A stretch of DNA of 64,000 nt from Nitrosopumilaceae archaeon (GTDB lineage: Archaea; Thermoproteota; Nitrososphaeria; Nitrososphaerales; Nitrosopumilaceae). Positions 8,870 through 17,224 of this stretch are shown here, piece by piece. Location of the stretch: positions 1,024,001 through 1,088,000 of the forward strand of contig CBDCCK010000002.1 of the NCBI GenBank assembly GCA_965214835.1, in the 5' to 3' direction. How positions within the stretch are numbered: the first letter of the stretch is position 1; every line of letters starts with the position of its first letter. The notes below the pieces were generated by a model. That model was not told the DNA's origin. It ran no database searches and saw nothing but the letters and a program-made list of their open reading frames with translations. Position numbers and translations under genes: made by a program.

Positions 8870-9901
8870 TCACGGATTCCAGAAGTCAATCGAGAGGACA
8901 TCTGCACGATCATGTTCGGGGGTCAGAAACATGATCGATCCTCCAATGCAATCGCATAAGAGACACGGTGCAGGTATGGGCAGATGCATCGTGTCGTGGA
9001 TCTCGATTCCGCGATCCGCATAGTAGTCATGTACCGTCTGGCCGTTTCTATCCCACGGAGTGGTCCAGCACTGGGGGTGCAGTATCTCAGTCCACACATA
9101 CTCGATATCGGGATCCCTTGTGTACGAGTCCCCGTCAAGCTGATGTCCCGACGTCTGGCTTCCGATTGAGACTCGGATCATGTCGCCTGACTGAGTGACA
9201 TAATACCCGTGCTCGTCGTAACCGTCAGCCCATACCTGCAGCGGCGTCTCGCTCAGGGGCATTATGGTCACAATGAACTGACGTGTCTCCCCCGGATGTA
9301 TCTCGGCTCTGGGAGTGTAAAAATCCCGACCCGGTAAATTATCACTCATAAACTCGTTTGGCTGAAGTGGAGGATACAAGGACAGAATCTTCACGTCCCC
9401 TACGAATTGGATCCGGAACGCGGCGTTGACCGGAGATGCGGTATGCGGGGACACGACGTCAAGTATGACGTCTGCACTCTGGCCGACTAGCGGCAGCTCC
9501 GGCATTCTGAGATCTATTTTCAGTCCGTCTTTTATGTGAGAGTCAGGACGCCAGTTTTCGTACTGGTCAAAATTGTCGGTATACTCGAACTCAATACTGG
9601 ATGCAAAATACTCCGGATATTCGTCCAGTACGAACCACCCGCTGTTTCCCAAATATCGCGCGGCAGGGGCATACGCGCATCCACGGTCATATTCAGGAGA
9701 CATCACCAGCATTGCCTCACCGCTGCAGAGGGATGTGCCCGTCGTATTTACCACCACTCCCATGGCGCCTTCCCGGTCCACAGGAATGGTGGCCCCCGGC
9801 TGGGATGTGCCCGTCGTATTTACCACCACTCCCATGTGTGCGGCGGCAATGAGTACCGCAGCTAGGGCGAGTAAAAGTCCGGCCGCCAAGAGTTTGATCA
9901 T
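8870..9901 (-). CDS. Secreted or membrane-anchored hypothetical protein
   Basis: N-terminal signal peptide; duplicated MGVVVNTTGTS; C-terminal CxxCxC. Confidence 0.7.
   Translation of the reverse strand: MIKLLAAGLLLALAAVLIAAAHMGVVVNTTGTSQPGATIPVDREGAMGVVVNTTGTSLCSGEAMLVMSPEYDRGCAYAPAARYLGNSGWFVLDEYPEYFASSIEFEYTDNFDQYENWRPDSHIKDGLKIDLRMPELPLVGQSADVILDVVSPHTASPVNAAFRIQFVGDVKILSLYPPLQPNEFMSDNLPGRDFYTPRAEIHPGETRQFIVTIMPLSETPLQVWADGYDEHGYYVTQSGDMIRVSIGSQTSGHQLDGDSYTRDPDIEYVWTEILHPQCWTTPWDRNGQTVHDYYADRGIEIHDTMHLPIPAPCLLCDCIGGSIMFLTPEHDRADVLSIDFWNP
9730..9836. repeat. 35-bp perfect direct repeat flanking a 37-bp unique insert (period 72)
   Basis: GGGATGTGCCCGTCGTATTTACCACCACTCCCATG at 9730-9764 and 9802-9836. 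Confidence 0.95.
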
Positions 9902-10022
9902 GGCAGAGCTACCGCCGTGTTGCTAAAAAGACTGCTGTTGTATGGTCTTTCCAAGCTTACACGAAAATGATTCCTCCATGGCACATGACATGAAATGGAG
10001 TAGACTTTATGCGTAATCGGTT

Positions 10023-11648
10023 GTACGAGTTTACCCCTCAGGCGACGCTGCCAGTCAGGGTCTTGACGAGCATTTCCCTCACGCCGCACCCCCGGGCGCG
10101 CCAGTTCATCGCGCACGTCATCAATACGGTGAACATCTCCATGCCTTCCATGGTACGGAGTCCTTGGAATACCTTGCGCGCAATTACGGACGGCCTCAGC
10201 ATGCGCTCGGCTAGGTTGTTGGTGGGCTCCATACCCGGATGCAGTATGAACGTGTAGAGAAATTCAGAGGCGTTCCCAAGCTTTGTGGCAAAGCTCTCGC
10301 ATCCGGCCTCCCTGCCGAATGCCTCGGCCAGCCCGCGCGTTTCTGCCACCAGCATGTCGTGCCGGGCGGCGCCCTCCTCCTCCGGCGGCCCCAGCCCCTT
10401 GGCATGGATGAACTTTTTCTTGAGTGTATCATACAGCGCGTGGGCCTGCCTGGAAGCCTTGCAGGCCTCCCTGGCCTCCCGGAGTATGCGGATCCGGCAC
10501 CACTGCCTGGTCTTGAATGCGGCGTATACGCCGTACCCGTCGACTGTGACCGGTTTGTCATAATACGGAAAGTTCATGTCAACTACGGCCCTGCCCCTAC
10601 TGGGTGCGGCCAGCGTGTGGACGCCGGTGACGGTGCCGTCCCTGTTCCTGCCCACGACCACCCATATGCGGGCCGTCCTGCCGTTGTATGGCATGGCAGT
10701 CTCGTCAATATGCAGATAATCAGAATCCCTGATGGCCTGCCTGATGCTCTCTACGCCGGGCTTTATCGCATTGGCGCCGGCCCTCAGGCACTGCAGCACG
10801 CCTGCCTCTGAGACATCCATGCCCAGGATTTCTGAGCACAGTGTGGCCGTGGCCTGTATGGAGGCAGGTGCCACGCGTATTGCGGCCATCATCCCCGTGA
10901 TGTTTGGTCCAAACTCGGTTCCCGGCACGTTCCATGACCTGTCGTCTTCGATACACATGTTGCCGCAGTCGGCGCATTTGCGCCTGTATGCGGTGTGCTG
11001 TGTCGTGACCGGCTCGGGCCTCTTGGGGGTATCGGTCACGGTCTTTGAGAACATCCTTTTTGGTTTCTTCATGTTGGCGCTGCCGCATTTGTCGCACTTT
11101 TTGGGGCAGTGCTTTACAAATTCGGTCGGCATTCTCTTGTGTGATATCCCCTCGTGTCCCTGCCTGCGGCCCGGCTTTGCCTTTGCAGATGCCGGTACGT
11201 TGCCTGATGCCTTTGCAGCAGCAGTCTTTTTCTGCCTGGTCGGAATCGAGTTCTGCGAGGATGGGGTGTGCGGGTTTTCGTAATATTTGATGTGCTGTCT
11301 GAGCTGCTGGTTTTCTGCTTTCAGTTCGGCAGTCTGCGCCTCAGATGCTGCTACCCCCTCTGATCCCTTTTGCCTGTACCAGCTGATCTGTGATGCCTGC
11401 ATCACGATTGTCACCGAGGACTCGGCCATCTGTTCGACAAGCATGGCTATCGTCTGATCCTTGTCTGCGATGATCCTGTCCTTCCTGCCCAATTCGGCTA
11501 TGGTGCGGGCCAACTCGTCGCGTAGTATCTTGGTCTCTGAATCAGGCAATGAATACAGGTGTGATCTGGATGCATATGGATCCAGATGGTGATCAAAAAT
11601 TGGCCTTGTGCTCAATCTAAATTATACGGATGAGGGGTAAACTCTTAC
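10023..11648 (-). mobile_element. IS66-family element (single ORF)
   Basis: TIR GTACGAGTTTACCCCTCA / TGAGGGGTAAACTCTTAC (17/18 match); no TSD. Confidence 0.9.
10038..11615 (-). CDS. IS66 transposase (TnpC-type)
   Basis: Coiled coil, zinc finger, HIDET, VDGY, PTNNLAERMLRP; the usual QxCWAH is altered to QWCRIR. Confidence 0.9.
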   Translation of the reverse strand: MSTRPIFDHHLDPYASRSHLYSLPDSETKILRDELARTIAELGRKDRIIADKDQTIAMLVEQMAESSVTIVMQASQISWYRQKGSEGVAASEAQTAELKAENQQLRQHIKYYENPHTPSSQNSIPTRQKKTAAAKASGNVPASAKAKPGRRQGHEGISHKRMPTEFVKHCPKKCDKCGSANMKKPKRMFSKTVTDTPKRPEPVTTQHTAYRRKCADCGNMCIEDDRSWNVPGTEFGPNITGMMAAIRVAPASIQATATLCSEILGMDVSEAGVLQCLRAGANAIKPGVESIRQAIRDSDYLHIDETAMPYNGRTARIWVVVGRNRDGTVTGVHTLAAPSRGRAVVDMNFPYYDKPVTVDGYGVYAAFKTRQWCRIRILREAREACKASRQAHALYDTLKKKFIHAKGLGPPEEEGAARHDMLVAETRGLAEAFGREAGCESFATKLGNASEFLYTFILHPGMEPTNNLAERMLRPSVIARKVFQGLRTMEGMEMFTVLMTCAMNWRARGCGVREMLVKTLTGSVA

Positions 11649-12192
11649 CATCTTGGAGGATGAGGTAGGCATCAAGTACGAAGGAGAGATAAACGTGCCT
11701 GCCAGCGGAAGGACGATCCTGGGATTTGTTCATTTTATAGGGCCGATTGGAATGAAAAACAAGATAAAAATCGATGCATCAAGAATAGAAAAAATGGCAG
11801 ATTCTGCATCAATATAGACGGTAACTGCATCTTATGAAGACCTTGAGGATTTTCAGGTAAACGGCTACACGCTCAACGAGGCAGTATCCGAAAAGATTCG
11901 CAGCACCATGCAGCGAATCAAGGTGCGGGATTACTATGACATATGGAAGATGCTTGGAAAAGACGGCCCTCGCGATTTTGATGCTACGTTGATTGGAGAC
12001 ATGGTCAGGCAAAAGTGTGCAATCAATGACATAGAGTATGATCCGTCAAAAATCTTTGATGCTGGCCGCCTTGACGGGCTAAGGGAGCACTGGGGAAAGG
12101 AGCTGGGGAGATTGGTTGCTGGAGAGCTGCCAGAACCTGACAAGGTTTTCAGCTACATACGGAACCTGCTCAGATTTCTCCCTGTAAAATAA
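11649..12192 (+). pseudogene. AbiEii-like nucleotidyltransferase toxin, 5'-truncated by IS66
   Basis: Frame reads KIKIDAS...YTLNEAVSEKIRSTMQR..VRDYYDIW; in-frame TAG at 11815-11817. Confidence 0.75.
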
Positions 12193-12309
12193 TCTTAAAA
12201 CAAACCCGCACAATCTGGGGCCGGAGCCACGCCAGATGGGGGAGGTGTCCGGGCACGACCTGCGCCCGTAAGATATCCAGAAGCGATATGGCGCCAAACC
12301 GGCAGGAAG

Positions 12310-13767
12310 CTACGGACAGGACAGCTCAGAGGACAGCCGCGAGCTTATCTCGGAGATCTTTATCCTGTATTGCTCCATCGAGTCGCGCTCCCGCAGCGTT
12401 ACGGTCTGATCCTCCAGCGTCCGGTGATCCACGGTTATTGCAAACGGACATCCGACCTCGTCCAGCCTCCTGTACCTTCTTCCTATCGCACCGGAGTGAT
12501 CTAGGAACGCGTCAAACCTCGTCCTGATTTCCCTGAAGACCTCGTCGGCTTTTTCCTTCAGGCCGTCCTTTTTTACCAGGGACAGCACGCCTACGTGGAC
12601 CGGGGACAGGTACGGCCTCAGCGACAGGACTGTTCTCTCGTTTTCCCTGTCATCTCGCATGCAGTGCTCTAGGATGGTGTACAGGCTGCGGTCTATCCCC
12701 ATCGAGATCTCAAATACGTGGGGAAGGACCTTCTCATCGCCGTCCATGACCTCGAACTTTTCCCCGCTTTTTTCGGCGTGGCTTGACAGGTCATAGTCGG
12801 ATCTATAGTTGCATGCAACAAGCTCCAGCCATCCGACGGTGGTATTTACCTCAAAGTCAAAGGCGACCTCCGCATAGAATGCCTTTTCCCTGTCGCCCAG
12901 CCTTCGGAACCTGCTCCGTGCCATGTCTATGCCGGTTTTTGCATAAAATTCAGCCAGTATCCCCAGGTAATACGCGACAAACTTGCTGGGAACCAGGCCC
13001 GAATCAACCGCCTCCTGGCACGTGACCTCCCTTGATTCAGAGCCCGCCTCGATTCGAATCCTTGTATCCCTGACCTCGTCGTATTTTTCCAGTCCGTCAA
13101 GCCTTGACGGATTGCAAAAGACCTCGATCTCTGCCTGGTAAAACTCCCTCAGGCGCAGGAGGCTCTGCCTCGGCGCTATCTCGTTTCTAAAACTCTTGCC
13201 TACCTGCGCGACTCCCTGTGGCAGCCTTCCCCTCATTGTCTTGAACAGCCTTGGAAAGTCCACAAATATCGACTGGCAGGTCTCCGGCCTCAGATATGCG
13301 GGCTCGCCCTCCGGACCAATTCCCACTTGGAACATCATGTTGAACTTTTTTGCAGGCTCAAAGCCCCCCTTGCACTTTGGGCACTTTATGCCGTTCTCAG
13401 CTATTGCTTTGTCAAACTCGTCAAGGTCTGCGCTTTCCGGTATCGTAACCCCTGCAGCCTCTGCAATCATCCTGTCTGCCCTGAACGTCGACTTGCACTT
13501 TGCACACTTTATGATCGGATCTGCAAAGCTGGCCAGGTGTCCTGATGCCTCAAAGACCGACCCTGACATTATCTGCGAGCCGTCGATCTCCAGCATGCCG
13601 TCCCTCCTGACCAGCTCCCGCCGCCACAGCTCGAGGAACCTGTTCTTCAGGCCGACGCCGGAGGGGCCGTACTCCCAAAAGCCCGCCTGCGCGTCCCCGT
13701 ACACCTCGCAGCTTGGAAAGTAAAATCCCCTCTCCAGCGCAAGCTTCATGACGCCATCATAGTCCAT
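12310..13767 (-). CDS. glyS: Glycine--tRNA ligase (archaeal/eukaryotic alpha2 type)
   Basis: LRPETCQ, GKSFRNEI.PR, REF.QAEIE, GAIGRRYRR.DE. Confidence 0.96.
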   Translation of the reverse strand: MDYDGVMKLALERGFYFPSCEVYGDAQAGFWEYGPSGVGLKNRFLELWRRELVRRDGMLEIDGSQIMSGSVFEASGHLASFADPIIKCAKCKSTFRADRMIAEAAGVTIPESADLDEFDKAIAENGIKCPKCKGGFEPAKKFNMMFQVGIGPEGEPAYLRPETCQSIFVDFPRLFKTMRGRLPQGVAQVGKSFRNEIAPRQSLLRLREFYQAEIEVFCNPSRLDGLEKYDEVRDTRIRIEAGSESREVTCQEAVDSGLVPSKFVAYYLGILAEFYAKTGIDMARSRFRRLGDREKAFYAEVAFDFEVNTTVGWLELVACNYRSDYDLSSHAEKSGEKFEVMDGDEKVLPHVFEISMGIDRSLYTILEHCMRDDRENERTVLSLRPYLSPVHVGVLSLVKKDGLKEKADEVFREIRTRFDAFLDHSGAIGRRYRRLDEVGCPFAITVDHRTLEDQTVTLRERDSMEQYRIKISEISSRLSSELSCP

Positions 13768-13800
13768 GGTTTTCCGGCCCCCGTCTGGCATAAATTCCTA

Positions 13801-14640
13801 TCATGCCAGATTCTTTACTGCCTCGATATTACCAGAGTCGGTGCGTATGTCGTCTATCGGCGTCTCCAGGATCATGGGGATCTTCTTCTTGTTTATCATT
13901 CTGACTATCTCCCCCATTCCGATCTCCCCTATGTTTCCCAGTCCTATGTGATAGTGCCTGTCCAGGTTGTTGCCCAGCTCCCCCTTGGAGTCATTGAGAT
14001 GCAGGATTTTCAGGTGCCTGAACCCCACCGCCTTGTCAAACTTTGAGAACGTGTCCCTGACATCCCTTGCGGTCCTCAGGTCGTATCCTGCGGCAAATGC
14101 GTGGCAGGTGTCAAGACACACCCCGAACCTGTCTGACGGCTCCAGCTGGGACAGTATCTCTGCCCACTGCCCAAAGTCCGAACCGACGGAGTTTTTCTGA
14201 CCGGCGGTGTTTTCCAGCAGTATCATCACGTCGTTGTCCACCTTTGCTGCCTTCATCAGGCCCTTTACCAGCCTCTTGATGCCTGCCTCCTCGCCTGTCC
14301 CCAGGTGGCTGCCCAGGTGGGTGACCAGGTACGGGATGCCCAGCCGCCCGCATCTCTCCACCTCCTTGACAATCGCATTGACTGACTTTTCAAATGCCTC
14401 CTTGTCTGGCGTTGCCAGGTTTGGAAGATACGGCATGTGTGCGACCGTTGCCATCCTGTCGATGTCGGATCTCTGGACCTTCTCCCTGAAGACCGAGATG
14501 TCCTTGTCTGTCAGCGCCTTTGCATGCCAGCTTCTGGGGCTTCTGGTAAAAATTTGAAATGCAGAACATCCTCTTTCAATAGCATTGTCCACTGCCCTGT
14601 CGACTGATCCCGAGATGGAGACATGGCAGCCCACTTGCAT
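13801..14640 (-). CDS. nfo: Endonuclease IV
   Basis: HMPY..NL, LENTAG, DTCH, HLNDS, DRH, ILETP. Confidence 0.95.
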   Translation of the reverse strand: MQVGCHVSISGSVDRAVDNAIERGCSAFQIFTRSPRSWHAKALTDKDISVFREKVQRSDIDRMATVAHMPYLPNLATPDKEAFEKSVNAIVKEVERCGRLGIPYLVTHLGSHLGTGEEAGIKRLVKGLMKAAKVDNDVMILLENTAGQKNSVGSDFGQWAEILSQLEPSDRFGVCLDTCHAFAAGYDLRTARDVRDTFSKFDKAVGFRHLKILHLNDSKGELGNNLDRHYHIGLGNIGEIGMGEIVRMINKKKIPMILETPIDDIRTDSGNIEAVKNLA

Positions 14641-14679
14641 ATACAAAATCCTCCATATGCTCAATTTAAACCCGATTCA

Positions 14680-14892
14680 TGGCAGCCTTCCCCAGATGCA
14701 GCCATACTCGCGGCGGTGCAGGCGGCGGCGTGCGGATCTGCAGGTTAGCCTGATTTGAATCGTTTCTAATACGCAGTCTTCCAAAAGTTCCCCATAAAAC
14801 GGCCCATGCTCGAAACAATTCAAGCCCTGCCTGCAGATCCGCACGCAGCCGTCTGCACCGCCACGAGTCACCACATCTGAAAAGACCGTAGC
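14680..14892. mobile_element. Repeat family C, full fold-back (MITE-like) copy
   Basis: About 75-bp imperfect inverted arms (GGCGGTGCAG..GTGCGGATCTGCAGG / CCTGCAGATCCGCAC..CTGCACCGCC) between divergent nfo and priL. Confidence 0.75.
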
Positions 14893-14933
14893 ATTGAACC
14901 AGATTTTTAAGGCCAAGCGACAGACCATGGGTC

Positions 14934-15986
14934 ATGATCACCTTGGGCCAGGACGAGATGGCAAAATACCCGTTCATCGGCGATGCCGGACAGTACCTGA
15001 GGGACAAGGGATTCGAGCTGGAGACCTTTGGAGATGATCCCGACCTTGCGCCCATAATCAAAAAGGCCTTTGAGCGCATCCGGGTCTCTACCGAGGGCCG
15101 CACCCATGACTCGGAAATGGACTCCTCCTTTGATACCAAGCTGCAAAAGGACAGCGTGTTGCCTACAGAGGTCCTGTCCTTCATCCTTGCCATCATTCTG
15201 ATAAAGTCTGCCAACGGACACTCGCTGATCAACCGCTTCTGCCTGTCTGAGGCAAGACGCGCGCACGGATTCCTCCTGCAGGATCTGAACAACCCAAAGG
15301 CAACTGACAGTGCCGAAAACAAGCTGAAGGAGACGGCGGTAAAAATCATCCATGAGATCTCCCAGATTTCCCTGACACAGAAAGAAAATTCTACCGAGTG
15401 GCTGATTCCGGTGGCCGACTATGTACGGCGTTCGGTCAACTTTCATGAAAGGCCCTGGAAGCTAATCAACCAGCGCGTACACAGGGGAAACGTAATCATG
15501 ACCTCCGGGGACATCGTACGCCTGATCCGAACGGAGATTCAAAACTATATCAAGTCAAAAATCAAGTCCATCATGAACACGTCCCAGTCCCTGTCCAACC
15601 AGTATGTCGCAGACGTCGAGGCCCTCGCCGAAAGGTTTACCCTGAAGATTGTAGAAACCGGGGAGTATCCCCCGTGCATAAAGCACGCCATTGACGTACT
15701 GCACAAGGGCGAAAACCTCCCCCACTCCGGGCGGTTCCTGCTGGCAACGTACCTGCTGAAGAAGGGGCAGTCCGTCGAGCAGATCGCGCCCCTGTTCAAG
15801 AACGCGCCTGACTATAACGAGCGCGTGACCATGTACCAGCTCAACAACCTTGCAGGAAAAACCGGCTCGGGAACCGAGTATTCGTGCCCCTCGTGTGAAA
15901 AAGTCAAGACGAACAACCTCTGCTTTGCGGTCCCGGAGTGCAGCGGCATCATAAATCCAGTCCAGTTTGGAAGGATACGGCAGTGA
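14934..15986 (+). CDS. priL: DNA primase large subunit
   Basis: KYPF, YPPCI, H.GRF.LATYL, Fe-S cysteines (CPSC..C..C), NPVQ. Confidence 0.92.
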   Translation: MITLGQDEMAKYPFIGDAGQYLRDKGFELETFGDDPDLAPIIKKAFERIRVSTEGRTHDSEMDSSFDTKLQKDSVLPTEVLSFILAIILIKSANGHSLINRFCLSEARRAHGFLLQDLNNPKATDSAENKLKETAVKIIHEISQISLTQKENSTEWLIPVADYVRRSVNFHERPWKLINQRVHRGNVIMTSGDIVRLIRTEIQNYIKSKIKSIMNTSQSLSNQYVADVEALAERFTLKIVETGEYPPCIKHAIDVLHKGENLPHSGRFLLATYLLKKGQSVEQIAPLFKNAPDYNERVTMYQLNNLAGKTGSGTEYSCPSCEKVKTNNLCFAVPECSGIINPVQFGRIRQ

Positions 15987-17104
15987 TCCCCGAAAAGGAC
16001 GTTCCCGTACTGGAGGGCGCGTTTAAAAAGTACTATTTTGATCACTTTGATCTAATCGGGGTGCCGGAGCGCACCAGGGAAAGGGAGTTTGGCTATCAAA
16101 GGTTCAACTCGGGTATGATCAGGCACATCTCCCTCAAAGACGACAAGGAGCTGCGCCTGATTCTGATGAACAACTCTCCCTCCGACGTCTACTGCTCCAA
16201 TGCCTACTATACGTTTCCCAACCTGTCGATGGCAGAAAAGGACTGGAAGGAGGCCGATCTTATCTTTGACATTGATGCAAAGGATCTCAACCTCGGCTGC
16301 AGGCAAAAGCACATCTCCTCCAAGTGCGGCGAGTGTAGCCTGGCATTTGCAGGCTCTGGCGCCTGCCCTGACTGCAGCTCCAAAAAGATCGAATCAAAGT
16401 CATTTACATGCAACGACTGCATCAAAATGGCAAAAAACGAGGTGAGAAAACTCTCACGAATCCTCATCGACGATCTTGGCATATCCGAGGAAAACATCCT
16501 CGTATTCTTTTCGGGGAACGAGGGCTTTCATGTCCAGGTTACAGGTTCGGGATACCGGGAGCTGGGATCAAAGGAGCGCTCGGAGCTGACCGACTATATA
16601 ATGTTCAAAAACATCCTTCCGGAAACACTTGGAATGAGACAAAATCCAAACAGGAGGGACTTTCCGGAGCTCGATGATGTCGGATGGCGCGGACGTGTGG
16701 CAGCCGAGATATTTGGCTCAAAGTCAAAGCGATCAAGGGTAATATCTGAGATCATCAAGAACGGCTATTCGTCGTTTCAAAACATGCTCCTAGAGATTGC
16801 CCCCAAAATCGGCGCGATAATCGATCCAAACGTAACCATGGACATACACAGGATTTTCCGCCTGTCTGGAACCCTGAACAGCAAAAGCGGCCTTGCAAAG
16901 ATGTACTGCGAAAACCTTGACAGGTTTGACCCGTATGTCGATGCATGCTTTATCGATGACTCCCAGATAGAGGTGCTGGCCAGCTGCCCGATCCCCTTTA
17001 CCTTGAACAGGAGGAAATTCGGCCCATATGACGGCCAGAGGGTCGTACTCCCGCAATATGCCGCAGTATACCTGATTTGCAAGGGTTTTGCCTCAACCGT
17101 GTAG
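15983..17104 (+). CDS. priS: DNA primase small (catalytic) subunit
   Basis: REFG, DLIFDID, FSGNEGFH, D.HRIFR; GTG start overlapping the priL stop. Confidence 0.93.
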   Translation: MIPEKDVPVLEGAFKKYYFDHFDLIGVPERTREREFGYQRFNSGMIRHISLKDDKELRLILMNNSPSDVYCSNAYYTFPNLSMAEKDWKEADLIFDIDAKDLNLGCRQKHISSKCGECSLAFAGSGACPDCSSKKIESKSFTCNDCIKMAKNEVRKLSRILIDDLGISEENILVFFSGNEGFHVQVTGSGYRELGSKERSELTDYIMFKNILPETLGMRQNPNRRDFPELDDVGWRGRVAAEIFGSKSKRSRVISEIIKNGYSSFQNMLLEIAPKIGAIIDPNVTMDIHRIFRLSGTLNSKSGLAKMYCENLDRFDPYVDACFIDDSQIEVLASCPIPFTLNRRKFGPYDGQRVVLPQYAAVYLICKGFASTV

Positions 17105-17224
17105 ATCTTACAAAACTGGTGTTTTTGGGCTAGATTATTCGCAAAATTATGACTGATTTGATAAATTACCTTGCGCCTAGGCATTTATCCGGTAAGACAT
17201 TAATTTATCATCGCCTGAGTATGT

